Source of the DNA: a virus
DNA: 64,000 bases
UHGV virus genome: UHGV-0112973
Direction: 5' to 3' (one strand)
Of this stretch, positions 19,301-31,793 are shown in pieces. The position numbers were made by a program, and so were the translations under genes. How positions within the stretch are numbered: position 1 is the first letter of the stretch; each line of letters starts with the position of its first letter. Below the pieces are notes generated by a model. The model was given only the letters and a program-made list of their open reading frames with translations, had not been told where the DNA came from and ran no database searches.

Positions 19301-19647
19301 GGTCTGAGTTTGTATGCGGTGATTTTGCAGCGGTGATTGAAGCTGCCGGAGAAGGAGATGTCATCTTTTGCGATCCGCCGTATGAACCGCTTCCAAATAC
19401 AGAGGGATTCACGAACTATTCCGGTCATGACTTTAAGTTTGAAGAGCAAAAACGCCTGGTGTCTCTGTTGACGGATGCTCATCGTCGAGGTGCAAAGGTT
19501 CTCATTACTAACAGTGGCGCGCCAAACATCAGAGAGCTTTATCATGACAGTGGCTTCAGAGTGGAACCTCTTTTTGCCAGACGTTCTGTGTCTTGTAAGG
19601 GGGACACTCGAGGTGTAGCTCATGACGTTTTAGGTATATTGCTCTAA
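16360..19647 (+). CDS. dmt: bifunctional DNA methyltransferase Dmt (N-terminal C5-cytosine MTase, C-terminal Dam-like N6-adenine MTase), interrupted in frame by an intein
   Basis: GTG start overlapping hrdC stop; C5 motifs (GGTP/CQAFS, ENVPG, QRRRRVF) and Dam motifs (FKWAGGK, DPPY); 1095 aa = 754 + 341. Confidence 0.9.
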   Translation: MKELCYGSVCSGIEAASIAWEPLGMRPAWFAEIEPFPSAVLALRWPHVANLGDMTKLAKKVLAGEIESPDVLVGGTPCFTAGHMVLCKNGYKPIEDVCPGDYVVSHLGRLQQVKRVGSKIANTGLLNAVGQPLGIRTTNDHPFLAVRWKAQNTRKNGTYFKRELLSEPEWRAACDMPGYQWCALTNFNIASPDICSRFLSEEQAMYLAGAYVGDGYIRRWRGKSKKAVVFGINCQKLRKFHCHIPENMFSVASEIRGSIKVTLNDTCYANWLNEHFGELSHAKRIPAWVMSHPLRHVFLQGYLDTDGTPSGKAGFRINSVSPALAWGVAGLSQTCGYVSSVSFIEVEPKKVIEDRVVNQRDYYQVTICPQKLSRKSRLAHGMLLRTVKEFKSVGLDTVYNIEVEGDHSYILNGAVVHNCQAFSIAGLRGGLDDERGALTLKYVELANAIDDKRAESFLKPAVIVWENVPGVLSLADNAFGCFLAGLAGEDVPFEPGDRPESGKSNAFWRWDGKTGCHVPKWPQCGCIYGPQRKVAWRILDAQYFGVAQRRRRVFVVASARTDLDPATVLFEFEGVRRNIAPSRKKKEIASAIIANGAAISGESLNPCLHAGMSPGMKSTKAVNGFRMAAFGEYIDDETASTVKARDFKDATDLAVFSSTGAGFWSEGHGTLRAREQESHEHLVTLAFPERMSGTQHAATKNTSPSLMAKNPTAVCYEVRNAEVAVRRLTPVECERLQGFPDGHTLIPTEKRKKVNSDELAYLRNHYPDLSEEEAAMLAADGPRYKAIGNSMAIPVMRWIGDRITKAVCRQKEGSETKERKVKPATEFERSIFKWAGGKFGVLEQIFRYLPEGKRLIEPFVGGGAVFMNAGYQENLLNDVNADLINFYKTLQREAHSLITLAHRFFQDYNTQEGYLAVRNAFNKQVYDDLHRAAAFLFLNRHCFNGLTRYNQAGEFNVGYGKYKTPYFPLQEMEAFLGAEGRSEFVCGDFAAVIEAAGEGDVIFCDPPYEPLPNTEGFTNYSGHDFKFEEQKRLVSLLTDAHRRGAKVLITNSGAPNIRELYHDSGFRVEPLFARRSVSCKGDTRGVAHDVLGILL
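16591..17613 (+). other. intein (341 aa) with LAGLIDADG homing-endonuclease domain, inserted at the catalytic Cys of the PCQ motif
   Basis: Starts Cys (CFTAGHMV...), block [18 protein letters not shown] and [10 protein letters not shown] motifs, ends ...NGAVVHN followed by Cys; removal restores GGTPCQAFS. Confidence 0.85.
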
Positions 19648-19654
19648 TAAATTT
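19638..19654 (+). promoter_or_regulatory. C1 operator overlapping the dmt stop codon
   Basis: ATTGCTCTAATAAATTT exact to remembered consensus; part of palindrome CTAATAAATTTATTAG. Confidence 0.55.
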
Positions 19655-19828
19655 ATTAGTGTAATATCGCCTCAATGAATCGTGATTTATAGAGCGATTT
19701 AGCTGTTAGCCGCGACAGGCGCGGCGGTAAGCATGGCTGGGCCTAGTCCTCCCAGACAAACCACCGAGTTGCCAGGTTGACCATGCGCCTAAGTGGCAAC
19801 GCCGAAGTGCGTTACGAGCTTCCAGTTT

Positions 19829-19855
19829 GCCCATCTTCGGGTGGGCGTTTTTTTC
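19829..19855 (+). terminator. rho-independent terminator downstream of dmt
   Basis: gcccatc-UUCG-ggtgggc hairpin followed by T7 run. Confidence 0.6.
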
Positions 19856-20035
19856 AGGGTTTTCGTCATGGTTAGCGACTTTGCGGCGGTTTAGAAACTG
19901 ACCATTAAAGTAAATGCAAACGATGATCTGATGATGGTAGCGGCCTAAGAAGCCAGATGCCACGGGGTATGAGTCGTCCCCCGTCAAAAAATCGACCGCA
20001 GAGTGTCCCCGTCTGTGTATTAGGGAACGGGGAGG

Positions 20036-20118
20036 CACAACAGGTAAGGGCGCTGGTGTGATTAACCAGATGAACGAGAAGGGGCCATCTGTTGGTCAGC
20101 GTCCTTTCCTGTTGCGTT
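20036..20118 (+). repeat. long-stem hairpin element (unit 0) upstream of tRNA-Asn
   Basis: 5' arm CACAACAGGTAAGGGCGCTGG pairs with 3' arm CAGCGTCCTTTCCTGTTGCG. Confidence 0.45.
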
Positions 20119-20319
20119 TTCTTTTCAGCGTAACAGCGGTGCTTAACAGCACTTTGGGTACAGTTCCACGAATTTACGGGTATATCCCGTCATGCTGAAG
20201 GCGCTAATCACGCTGGAAGCCAGGGTTGTGCATCCCCTGTTACCGAATTGCAGCCAGGGCGCGGTGCGCCGAAAAGCATACGGAGGTGGAAGCCCTCGCC
20301 GGAGACGTACCCGGCAAGT

Positions 20320-20394
20320 GATGGTGTAGCTCAGCGGTAGAGCAGTTGGCTGTTAACCAACTGGTCGGTGGTTCGAATCCATCCACCATCGCCA
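20320..20394 (+). tRNA. tRNA-Asn (anticodon GTT)
   Basis: Cloverleaf by hand: acceptor GATGGTG/CACCATC, D-arm GCTC..GAGC, anticodon loop CTGTTAA, T-arm GGTGG-TTCGAAT-CCATC, encoded GCCA end. Confidence 0.9.
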
Positions 20395-20396
20395 AT

Positions 20397-20472
20397 GCCG
20401 GTTTAGCTCAGTTGGTAGAGCGCCTGCCTTGTAAGCAGGATGTCAGCGGTTCGAGTCCGTTAACCGGCACCA
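20397..20472 (+). tRNA. tRNA-Thr (anticodon TGT)
   Basis: Acceptor GCCGGTT/AACCGGC, anticodon loop CTTGTAA, T-loop TTCGAGT, encoded CCA. Confidence 0.9.
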
Positions 20473-20473
20473 A

Positions 20474-21262
20474 CACAACAGGTAAGGGTATTTTGCGACG
20501 TCGGAGATCGCCGTGCTTGGCAGAGGGTTCGAATCCCTACGAAGTACCCTTACCGTTGTGATGAATGCGCAGGCTGATGCGCGAAAGACATTGCAGCTAT
20601 TGCGGAAAAGAGCTGTTCGGCGGGGCAATTAAACGCCCGTGAGAGTCTGAAATAACCGCAAGCCGGAGATCAGCACCGGTCATCACAACACAACAGGTAA
20701 GGGCATTCTCCCTTATGGGGCTTGGCTTAAATGCATCGAGTGCTCTTACCGTTGTGATGAAGTGCAGCTCTTTGAAGCAACCAGAAGATAAGCATCTGGC
20801 TTCACAACATAAACCGCAGGAACGACCAATAAACGGTAGTCCGTATGGAGAACACCCCGTTGAGGAAGAGGCCTGGCCGGAACCGTAACCGGCACTATAA
20901 CGTTGAGAACACTGGCGTAACGGGGTCATATCCCAATCTACGAATAAATGTTGCGTTGCAGCGTGACAACCAGTGTTCTCAACATTGTGGTGAATGCACA
21001 GGCTGATGTGCCGCAACTACAGTAGTGCGCGCTTTGCGGGGCTTGCTACAACCCTGTGTCGGAGTTCAGCACCGACCATCACAGTTTGATTCTCTGGCAT
21101 GAGCATAACGCTGAAATAAGTCCAGTCTGGTGCGGTCTGATCACCCGCCGTTAGCTCCACGAAACGGAGCACGTAACAGGTAAGAGCATTCTCCTGTAAC
21201 GGGTTCATATCCCAATCTACAGGTCCACCAAGAATGCTCTTTCCGTTGCGGTGAATGCGGCT
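20474..21262 (+). repeat. four related long-stem hairpin units (candidate structured RNAs or processing elements) between tRNA-Thr and upl
   Basis: Units at about 20474-20565, 20688-20775, 20901-20995, 21172-21262; shared arms ACAACAGGTAAG(G/A)G / CTTACCGTTGTG, 14-bp perfect stem GTTGAGAACACTGG/CCAGTGTTCTCAAC, T-loop-like GGGTTCGAATCCC. Confidence 0.5.
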
Positions 21263-21400
21263 AAGCGCACGCGGGGAAATGGTTATATCAGTCCATTCAT
21301 TTCTCCTTGTTTCCCCGTCCACGGTGGATAACCAGCCAAAGGACACCGGGAGGCACCCGGCACCGCAGCTTTTTTATTCGTTAAATAATGGAGTGAGAGG

Positions 21401-21637
21401 ATGCAGAACAATCCGAACAAATGTCGAACGCTATGGGTGCGGTTATATATTTATGCCGTCCTCTGTTTGATTGTGTCACTGGTTCTGTATGTTTGGCTTT
21501 TGCCAAATATGATCTCATCTAACAGCACAATACTTGTATTGTTGGGAGTCCTTCTCGCGCTCATTTACCCAGCTTTCGCAGTAGTCTTTTTTCGTGAAAA
21601 AACCAGGAAATTAATTAATGAAAAAAACGTTGATTAG
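21401..21637 (+). CDS. small membrane protein upstream of plp (upl position)
   Basis: 78 aa with two hydrophobic helices; GAGAGG RBS; overlaps plp start. Confidence 0.5.
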   Translation: MQNNPNKCRTLWVRLYIYAVLCLIVSLVLYVWLLPNMISSNSTILVLLGVLLALIYPAFAVVFFREKTRKLINEKNVD

Positions 21638-22445
21638 TGCAGCGATTATTTTGGGTTCTTTATGTCTGACCGGATGCGATCGGGTAGAGCCAGGTAACGT
21701 AGGGATCAAAGTAAATAAGCTGGGGGATGATAAAGGTATCGGTGAAGTAGTTGGCGTTGGTCGCTACTGGACAGGCTTGAATACTGAAGTTTACATCTTC
21801 CCGACCTTTAAGCAAATGAAGACATACGATGAGCCGTTCAGCTTCCAGATGAGCGACGGAACAACCATTGGTTACCACATCGGCGTAGCCTACAAGGTTG
21901 ATCCAGCAAAAGTCACAACGGTATTTCAGACCTATCGCAAAGGTGTAGATGATATTACTGATACCGATCTACGCCAGAAGGTTGCAGATGCTCTGAACCG
22001 GTTAGCCAGCAAAATGACAACCGACAAATTTATCGACGGTGGCAAATCCGAATTGCTTGATGCAGCCCTTAAAGACATTCAGGAAGAAATGACGCCAATC
22101 GGCATTCAGGTGATGAGCCTCTCTTATGTAGGTAAGCCAGAATACCCGCCAACAGTTATTGACAGTATTAACGCCAAAGTCACGGCAAACCAAAAAACCC
22201 TGCAACGCGAGCAAGAGGTCAAACAACGTGAAGCAGAGGCCAACATGCTGCGCGCGGAAGCTGCCGGACAGGCTGATGCTATTCGCACAAAAGCCCAGGC
22301 CGAAGCTGATGCCATTCGTTTACGTGGTGAAGCTCTGCGCCAGAACCCCGGTGTTATGGAGTTGGAAGCGATCAACAAATGGAACGGTACATTACCGCAG
22401 TATATGACCAGTAATACCGCTGTTCCGTTTGTTCCGGTGAAATAA
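21618..22445 (+). CDS. plp: SPFH/band-7 (prohibitin-like) lipoprotein
   Basis: 275 aa; lipobox LTGC after signal peptide; SPFH-like core and coiled-coil C-terminus; position as P1 plp. Confidence 0.7.
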   Translation: MKKTLISAAIILGSLCLTGCDRVEPGNVGIKVNKLGDDKGIGEVVGVGRYWTGLNTEVYIFPTFKQMKTYDEPFSFQMSDGTTIGYHIGVAYKVDPAKVTTVFQTYRKGVDDITDTDLRQKVADALNRLASKMTTDKFIDGGKSELLDAALKDIQEEMTPIGIQVMSLSYVGKPEYPPTVIDSINAKVTANQKTLQREQEVKQREAEANMLRAEAAGQADAIRTKAQAEADAIRLRGEALRQNPGVMELEAINKWNGTLPQYMTSNTAVPFVPVK

Positions 22446-22472
22446 AAGCGTAAGCAAAATTGGCAGTAATCC

Positions 22473-22548
22473 GGCCCTTTAGCTCAGTGGTTAGAGCTGG
22501 CGACTCATAATCGCACGGTCACCGGTTCAAGTCCGGTAGGGGCCACCA
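22473..22548 (+). tRNA. tRNA-Ile (anticodon CAT, lysidine-type; resembles E. coli ileX)
   Basis: GGCCCTTTAGCTCAGTGGTTAGAGC...CTCATAA...GGTTCAAGTCC...GGGGCCACCA. Confidence 0.85.
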
Positions 22549-22833
22549 TATTTGGTTGTAACACGGCGTCTGGCACATGCGTCGTTAGCGGTCTGGTGAC
22601 GTTAAAGGGGTTACCTTTTCCCCTAGCTCAGGCAACAAACCAGGTAGCCGAAATGTGCAAGTCACCGTTGGAGGGATAGCGGATACAGGGACTCACCATC
22701 CTGGCGATTCGGTGTGACAGCCGGGAAGAGTCCGGCGCATTAATCCTGATTTTCTGGTGATGACTCATATCGTTAGGAGTGATTTGAGTATGCCGATTAT
22801 ATCTGACATTCAGCACGCCTGGGTGGAGTGCTA

Positions 22834-24198
22834 ATGTCTGCATCCCCTCTTGAATCCATGCCAAATTCCCTTAGTGCAGAACAAGCTGTACTTGGTGGCT
22901 TAATGCTTGATAACTGCCGCTGGGATGAAGTTGCAGATCGTATAGTTGCTGATGATTTTTATACCAGTGCTCATCGTGAAATTTTCAGTGAGATGGAGAG
23001 GTTATTAAGTCATGGCAAACCGATTGATTTGATAACACTTGCTGAAGCACTTGAACAGAACGGTAAATTAGAACGCGCCGGTGGTTTTGCGTACCTTGCG
23101 GAGATGTCAAAGAACACGCCCAGCGCGGCAAATATTTGTGCTTATGCGGATATCGTTCGTGAACGCGCGGTTGTTCGTGAAATGATTTCCGTCGCAAATG
23201 AAATAGCTGAAGCTGGATATGCGCAGGATGGCAGGGGCAGCAATGAATTGCTGGATATGGCCGAGCGCCGCGTTTTTGAAATAGCTGAAAAACGACAAAA
23301 GAGCGGTAGTGGTCCAAAAGATATCGCCAGCATTCTCGATGCAACGGTATCTCGCATAGAAGAGTTGTTTCAGCGACCGCATGATGGTGTAACGGGGCTT
23401 GATACCGGATTTACCGATCTCAATAAGAAGACGGCAGGACTTCAGGCGTCCGATCTCATTATTGTCGCCGCCCGCCCATCGATGGGGAAGACTACGTTTG
23501 CGATGAATCTCGTCGAAAATGCCGCAGTCCGTAACGATAAGCCCGTATTGGTTTTTAGCCTTGAGATGCCGAGCCACCAGCTGATGATGCGCTCACTGGC
23601 TTCTCTTGCACGCGTTGATCAGACTCGTATTCGAACAGGGCAACTTAACGACGAGGATTGGGCGCGGGTTTCTGGCGCAATGGGGATTCTGTTGGACAAG
23701 CAGAATATTTTTATTGATGACTCAAGCGCCCTGACACCTACAGAGCTTCGTTCCCGCGCTCGTCGTGTTTATAAAGAAAATGGTGGTTTGAGCATGATTA
23801 TGATCGACTACCTGCAACTTATGCGCGTCCCCGAGCTGCAAGATAACCGAACGCTGGAAATTGCCGAGATTTCTCGCTCACTGAAGGCTTTGGCGAAGGA
23901 ATTACAAGTACCGGTGGTGGCATTGTCACAACTTAATCGATCGCTTGAACAGCGTGCGGACAAACGACCGGTAAATTCAGATTTACGTGAATCAGGAGCA
24001 ATTGAGCAGGACGCAGACCTGATCATGTTTCTGTATCGCGACGAAGTTTATCACCCGGATAGCGAAATGAAGGGCATTGCCGAGGTAATTATCGGAAAGC
24101 AACGAAATGGCCCAATTGGCACGGTGAGATTGGCTTTTAACGGCCAATACTCACGGTTTGATAACTATGCTGGTGCTGACTGGCAAGAGGATTATTAA
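22834..24198 (+). CDS. ban: DnaB-like replicative helicase Ban
   Basis: 454 aa from ATG with GGAG RBS; DnaB family motifs (AEQAVLGGLMLDN, GKTTFAMN Walker A). Confidence 0.93.
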   Translation: MSASPLESMPNSLSAEQAVLGGLMLDNCRWDEVADRIVADDFYTSAHREIFSEMERLLSHGKPIDLITLAEALEQNGKLERAGGFAYLAEMSKNTPSAANICAYADIVRERAVVREMISVANEIAEAGYAQDGRGSNELLDMAERRVFEIAEKRQKSGSGPKDIASILDATVSRIEELFQRPHDGVTGLDTGFTDLNKKTAGLQASDLIIVAARPSMGKTTFAMNLVENAAVRNDKPVLVFSLEMPSHQLMMRSLASLARVDQTRIRTGQLNDEDWARVSGAMGILLDKQNIFIDDSSALTPTELRSRARRVYKENGGLSMIMIDYLQLMRVPELQDNRTLEIAEISRSLKALAKELQVPVVALSQLNRSLEQRADKRPVNSDLRESGAIEQDADLIMFLYRDEVYHPDSEMKGIAEVIIGKQRNGPIGTVRLAFNGQYSRFDNYAGADWQEDY

Positions 24199-24221
24199 TG
24201 CAATGGAATGAGGAAAAGCCG

Positions 24222-25196
24222 ATGAACATCCTGATCATTGGGCGAAAATTTGAAGCTATCAGTGATGTGAAAACATATACGGAAATGTGGGCTTACAACC
24301 TGGCCTGCGCCTTTAGTGAGGCAGGGGTAACATTGCAATACCATCGTCCATATTCCCCCGGCGTCGAAAGCCCGGAGGATTATGTTGAAGCTGTGTTGAC
24401 CGCTGCGACCTCGTGTTCTGCGAAAGCCATTTTAGCGCCAGGATTGCGGTATTTTACTACGGTGCCCAGGGAAATAGGCGTGCAACTGCGTCGTCGATTC
24501 ACTGGATGGGTAGCCCAGGTATACGACGGTTCTATGCTGGATTCGGCACCAGTCGATATTACTTTTACTGTCCGCGATGATACCTGGCGGTACCTGGATA
24601 ATCCAGGCAGGTTAGAGCGTCATAATCGTTTTAACAAACATGTTGGATGGGCAGCGAATCAGGATCTGTTCCATCTGGAAACCAAAACAGACGATGTTCT
24701 GCGTATTTTTGTAGACCACGCTGCATTTGATGTTAGTGGTTTTGATCACTCCTTAAGTATCCTTATGAACCTTCAGCGTCTGACCGTTCCGTATGAGGCC
24801 AGAACGTTGACTGATGACGGATTGGTTACCATTGATCCGGGGAATATTTCGGTAACTCCATACAGACGGACGCCGGTGCCAGCAACCGAATTTGCAGCTG
24901 AATTGCGTAAGAGTGACGTGTTTATCGTTACGCATCCCGAAAGCCTTGGATTAACTGTACTTGAGGCGGCAATGTGCGGGGCGTTGGTATTAACGCCTCC
25001 CGATTGCCTTCCGCCAGATCGCCTGGCTTTGGTGAACCATATGGTTATCAAGTCGCGGATTGATTGGGATGAGGTTATTGCTCGCGTTGATCGCGTGAAA
25101 AATGCTGAAAAGGTCCAGTGTCACACCTGGTCGGCAATTGCGGAAAAGATGCTTGAGACGTTTGTCACGCAGAAACCGTCGCGCGGTAACGGATAA
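24222..25196 (+). CDS. glycosyltransferase-like protein (GT-B fold, family-1-like motif), P1 dbn position
   Basis: HPESLGLTVLEAAMCGALVLT resembles the E-x7-E motif of GT4-type enzymes; start set at Met with GAGGAAAAG RBS. Confidence 0.55.
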   Translation: MNILIIGRKFEAISDVKTYTEMWAYNLACAFSEAGVTLQYHRPYSPGVESPEDYVEAVLTAATSCSAKAILAPGLRYFTTVPREIGVQLRRRFTGWVAQVYDGSMLDSAPVDITFTVRDDTWRYLDNPGRLERHNRFNKHVGWAANQDLFHLETKTDDVLRIFVDHAAFDVSGFDHSLSILMNLQRLTVPYEARTLTDDGLVTIDPGNISVTPYRRTPVPATEFAAELRKSDVFIVTHPESLGLTVLEAAMCGALVLTPPDCLPPDRLALVNHMVIKSRIDWDEVIARVDRVKNAEKVQCHTWSAIAEKMLETFVTQKPSRGNG

Positions 25197-25220
25197 AAAA
25201 TTGAACCCGTCATAACAGAA

Positions 25221-25242
25221 AAGCCCGAACGCCGGGCTTTTC

Positions 25243-25244
<2 letters not shown>
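25221..25244. terminator. bidirectional hairpin terminator between convergent dbn-like gene and baseplate operon
   Basis: aagcccg-aacgc-cgggctt with flanking A/T runs. Confidence 0.5.
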
Positions 25245-28389
<3,145 letters not shown>

Positions 28390-29607
28390 TTATCCTTTCC
28401 GTTTACGGGCTTCGTTAATTTGTGTCTCAAGAATGCTTCGCGCCTGCGCGGTGGCAGCGGCCTTGTCCATTCCCTGACTCATGAAAAACTTTATGAGGTT
28501 GTTCGCCTGCGTTTGCAGGGCTTTTTTGAGAGCGTCGGCTTCAGCGCGAGCCTGGGCTTCCCTCACCCGCGAGGCTTTTAGTTCGGCATTCTTCCTGTTT
28601 GCCGTGGTGCGAGCTTTTTTTAATAACAGGCGAACGTTGTCCGTGGCGCTATCTTTTGCGCGTAGTTTTTTGCCTAATGCATCCTGAGATTTCAGATACA
28701 GCTCATACTCACGCGCAGCTTTAGCCTGATCCGTCGTTGTTGTCCGGTTGCGCGCGAGCGATTTAGCCAGTTCGCCTTTGAAATAGGTTGTTGTCTTCCG
28801 CTTGTCATCGCCGAAGGCTACCTGTTCAGCTGCTTTTTCCAGGGCAATAATGATGGCCTTGTGCCATGTGGGAGACTGAAAACGCGTCATAGCGTGCAAA
28901 ACATGTTTGCAAGCCACACCAGTCAGATCAGGGTTGCGGATTTTGGGGAATGCATACTCTTTTGGCGGCGCGACAGCATAGTTACCAGCCGTGGCCATAT
29001 AACGATACCAGTATTGATGGCGTCCACAATCACAGTCGAAAGATACCCGGCCCTTGCAGAGATCGGCAGCGATTCGGGCTTTTTTCGCACCGTCTTCAGC
29101 AATTTCCTCAACGGCTTTATCCCATTCCTCAAATCGAATTCTGACACGGTGATGCTGGTGGACCGACTCATCCGAGGCATTAACAGATATCAATGCAAGG
29201 TTGTGTTTTAGCCCGAGGAATGTCGCGGCTTTGATCCCTGTGCCATCAGAAACCTTGTTGTTAGCGCGTTTTATATCAATGCTGGTGGACTGCGCCACCA
29301 GCTGAGCATAGGTAATGCCGGGTACCGTGCTCTTGAATTTAGTTTTATGAGCCTGCCTTGAGGTGTTGAAACTGCGTATATCTTCGGGCGTAAAGTAGGT
29401 GCCATCTTTCTTTTTCCCAAGGCTGAGGAATGCCTCAAGTTCGCGGTTACGCATCCCCATAATCCTTGGGGTGAGTGTACGTCGCGCGTTTCGCCGATTC
29501 TGACGCTGCTGTTTACGGATAAGATCGAAGACCTTGTTAAAGTCTTTTGCACTTAATCCATCAGTCTGATAGCGACCAAGGTTGTCGCGAGCATATTCAG
29601 TTGGCAT
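28390..29607 (-). CDS. phage protein with SWIM-type zinc-finger-like Cys/His cluster and basic coiled-coil C-terminus
   Basis: 405 aa; ...FDCDCGRHQYWYRY...ACKHVLHA... Confidence 0.45.
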   Translation of the reverse strand: MPTEYARDNLGRYQTDGLSAKDFNKVFDLIRKQQRQNRRNARRTLTPRIMGMRNRELEAFLSLGKKKDGTYFTPEDIRSFNTSRQAHKTKFKSTVPGITYAQLVAQSTSIDIKRANNKVSDGTGIKAATFLGLKHNLALISVNASDESVHQHHRVRIRFEEWDKAVEEIAEDGAKKARIAADLCKGRVSFDCDCGRHQYWYRYMATAGNYAVAPPKEYAFPKIRNPDLTGVACKHVLHAMTRFQSPTWHKAIIIALEKAAEQVAFGDDKRKTTTYFKGELAKSLARNRTTTTDQAKAAREYELYLKSQDALGKKLRAKDSATDNVRLLLKKARTTANRKNAELKASRVREAQARAEADALKKALQTQANNLIKFFMSQGMDKAAATAQARSILETQINEARKRKG

Positions 29608-29616
29608 TCATTTCCC

Positions 29617-29994
29617 TTACGCAATGGATAATGTCCCTATCACCTGGCCGTCGTATTGGAAATGGCGAATCATTTCGCGGATCCAGGTGGCAGGTGGGAG
29701 TTTTAATTTTTTGCCAACAGTCATACCCTGAGACTCATCCTCAAGCCCGGCGGCGAGCGTCACAACCCAGCGTAGCTCTGCTATGCCCCACATACGGTAA
29801 GCCAGCAAATCCGGGCGATATTGCTCATCGGGAAGAACGTAATAAATCGTCAGATTCTTGTCGTTCGATTCACACATAAGCATCACCTCTTTGCGTAGCT
29901 CTGCCCTGAGTATTGGATCGGCTATGTTGCGGTCGTCATACCGCGACAGAGGATATTGCCGGGGGCTTTGGGTTGTAGTGATTGATGTAGCCAT
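29617..29994 (-). CDS. first gene of baseplate operon, hypothetical
   Basis: 125 aa ORF. Confidence 0.45.
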   Translation of the reverse strand: MATSITTTQSPRQYPLSRYDDRNIADPILRAELRKEVMLMCESNDKNLTIYYVLPDEQYRPDLLAYRMWGIAELRWVVTLAAGLEDESQGMTVGKKLKLPPATWIREMIRHFQYDGQVIGTLSIA

Positions 29995-30067
29995 AGTCAG
30001 CCTGCCAGAAATAGATGATGGTGATTCTACCGCTAGTCATTTGTTGATTATTTAACTCAATAAAAGA

Positions 30068-30083
30068 AAATTATTAGTGCAAT
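30068..30083 (-). promoter_or_regulatory. C1-operator-like site in divergent promoter region
   Basis: Reverse complement ATTGCACTAATAATT; nearby AACAAATGACT late-box variant on the minus strand. Confidence 0.35.
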
Positions 30084-30140
30084 TTTGATTGTGAAATGTA
30101 TCATTCTGCCCTTAAGTAGGTTCTTCACGAGGAAACAAAA

Positions 30141-30386
30141 TTGGCAGAACGTGTTGATGATGCAGAGCTGAGCATGAATCAGTTAGAAGCTCTCAAAGAC
30201 ATGGCCATCGATAACATCAGAAAGCAGGCACAGGTCGTGAGCCAGGTATTTACAGGGAAGTGTCGTTACTGCAATGAATCGATTGAATCAGGCATTTATT
30301 GTGACGCTGAATGTGCGCAATGGCACAGGGAAGAGCAGGCTGCAAAACAGCGTAAATATGGCATGCGACCGGCAGGATTTGACTGA
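30141..30386 (+). CDS. zinc-ribbon protein
   Basis: 81 aa with CRYC...CDAEC. Confidence 0.5.
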   Translation: MAERVDDAELSMNQLEALKDMAIDNIRKQAQVVSQVFTGKCRYCNESIESGIYCDAECAQWHREEQAAKQRKYGMRPAGFD

Positions 30387-30388
30387 TT

Positions 30389-30967
30389 ATGTTGCGCTTT
30401 ACTGAGGAAGAGTTTCAGGCTTTTAGTGAGCGTCGAAATAAGGGGCGGTCCAGGCCAAAAACCAAAAAGGATCCATTCTTATCGCTTGCGCCGGTAAAAG
30501 AAGTTTCTCCACATGCGAAGGCACTTGCAGCACTGGCAAAGAACCCCGACCTGCGCGACGGAAATTGCGAGCACTTCGAGCAGGTTTTCATTTTTGATTA
30601 CTTCGAACGCAAGCACCCTGACATCTATGAGCTGTTGCATGCAACGCCTAACGGAGGGAAACGTTCAAAAGCAACCGCCGGGAAAATGAAGGCTGAAGGG
30701 CAGAAAAAAGGTTATCCGGACATGAGTCTCGATAAAGCATGCGGTATTTATCACGGCATGCGAATTGAGCTTAAAGAACCAAATGGTAAAGCCCCGACGA
30801 AAGAGCAGATCGCCTGGATGCGCAGGCTTAGAGAGGAAGGTTACTACGTCGTTCTTGCGTATGGTGCAGAACAAGCGATAACCGCCATCCTGGAATACAT
30901 GAACCTTAAAAAGGGTGAGGCTATTGAGCATGTATTGAACGGTGATAAGTGGGTGTACGCTACGTGA
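30389..30967 (+). CDS. VRR-NUC domain nuclease-like protein
   Basis: 192 aa; ...GYPDMSLD...IELKEPNGKAP... PD-(D/E)xK-like core. Confidence 0.55.
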   Translation: MLRFTEEEFQAFSERRNKGRSRPKTKKDPFLSLAPVKEVSPHAKALAALAKNPDLRDGNCEHFEQVFIFDYFERKHPDIYELLHATPNGGKRSKATAGKMKAEGQKKGYPDMSLDKACGIYHGMRIELKEPNGKAPTKEQIAWMRRLREEGYYVVLAYGAEQAITAILEYMNLKKGEAIEHVLNGDKWVYAT

Positions 30968-31033
30968 AATAATAAATTAATTAGTGCATGTGTGCTCTTT
31001 GATATAGCGCACATTAACATCGGGAGAATAATC

Positions 31034-31189
31034 GTGTCATCCAAGGCTAATTATGAATCGCTGGCATCGATCATGCCGCGTAATGAACAGGAAACAGATG
31101 CTGTAGTGGACCCTGTAATCGCTGAAATGAATGCTCGCCTGGAGGCTGAATTTGCAGCTGAGAATGAACATACCACGCAGGGCGACTAG
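31034..31189 (+). CDS. small hypothetical protein
   Basis: GTG start after GGGAGA RBS, in frame with track ORF 30992..31189. Confidence 0.3.
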   Translation: MSSKANYESLASIMPRNEQETDAVVDPVIAEMNARLEAEFAAENEHTTQGD

Positions 31190-31793
31190 GACTGTTTTTT
31201 GTGTCGGTAGCGGTCCGTCACTCACTCGTGAGGACTGTGCTGCTATAGAAAAAACTGGCTGTTCAATCATCGCGGTTAACAATTCCTGGCAGATGTTCGA
31301 TGACATTTATGCCTTATACGCCGGTGATTTGTCATGGTGGAAGCAATACGGATCCACCATACCGGGAGGGAGATTCCGCAAAGTGACAGCCAACCTGGCG
31401 GCGGCGAAATCATTTTCGTTGGAGTACAGGCGATATTGTGGACCGGCGGAAGGGGTAAATAGCGGCGCGCAGGCTATCAGTCTGGCTGCTGAATCAGGGG
31501 CTGAAGTAGTGGTATTAGTCGGCTATGACTGTTCTCTGCAAAACGGCCTTCATTGGCATGGCGCGCACCCTCAAGCCCTACGGAATCCAACGCAGGTTTC
31601 TATTTCAAAATGGCAACAGCAGTTCCTGGATACCCGCAAAAAACACGCAGATTTACATATTTTGAATGCAAGTAGGAGCAGTGCAATTCAATGTTTCCCA
31701 AGAATAAATTTAGAGGCAGTGATCGCGTTATTATCGTCGGCAGTGGCCCAAGCGCCGCAAACTTTGTTGCGCCGCGCGGAGTGCCGATTATAG
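31164..31793 (+). CDS. MptE/DUF115-like Rossmann protein, paralog A (start uncertain)
   Basis: VFCVGSGPSL...IIAVN...GYDCS; paralogous to next gene. Confidence 0.5.
   Translation: MNIPRRATRTVFCVGSGPSLTREDCAAIEKTGCSIIAVNNSWQMFDDIYALYAGDLSWWKQYGSTIPGGRFRKVTANLAAAKSFSLEYRRYCGPAEGVNSGAQAISLAAESGAEVVVLVGYDCSLQNGLHWHGAHPQALRNPTQVSISKWQQQFLDTRKKHADLHILNASRSSAIQCFPRINLEAVIALLSSAVAQAPQTLLRRAECRL

Noticed and set aside
19706-20038. 110-aa minus-strand ORF between dmt and tRNA-Asn
   Set aside because: Arg/His-rich translation with no start context, overlapping the dmt terminator and hairpin unit 0; likely non-coding.
20481-20554. 74-nt element with perfect 7-bp acceptor-like ends and canonical T-loop, considered as a fourth tRNA gene
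   Set aside because: No D-arm or anticodon arm can be drawn, the T-arm is separated from the 3' end by extra bases and there is no CCA; treated as a tRNA-like repeat unit.
20597-21346. Two minus-strand ORFs (139 and 109 aa) in the region after tRNA-Thr
   Set aside because: They run through the hairpin-repeat units, have low-complexity composition and no RBS; the region is better explained as structured RNA or repeats.
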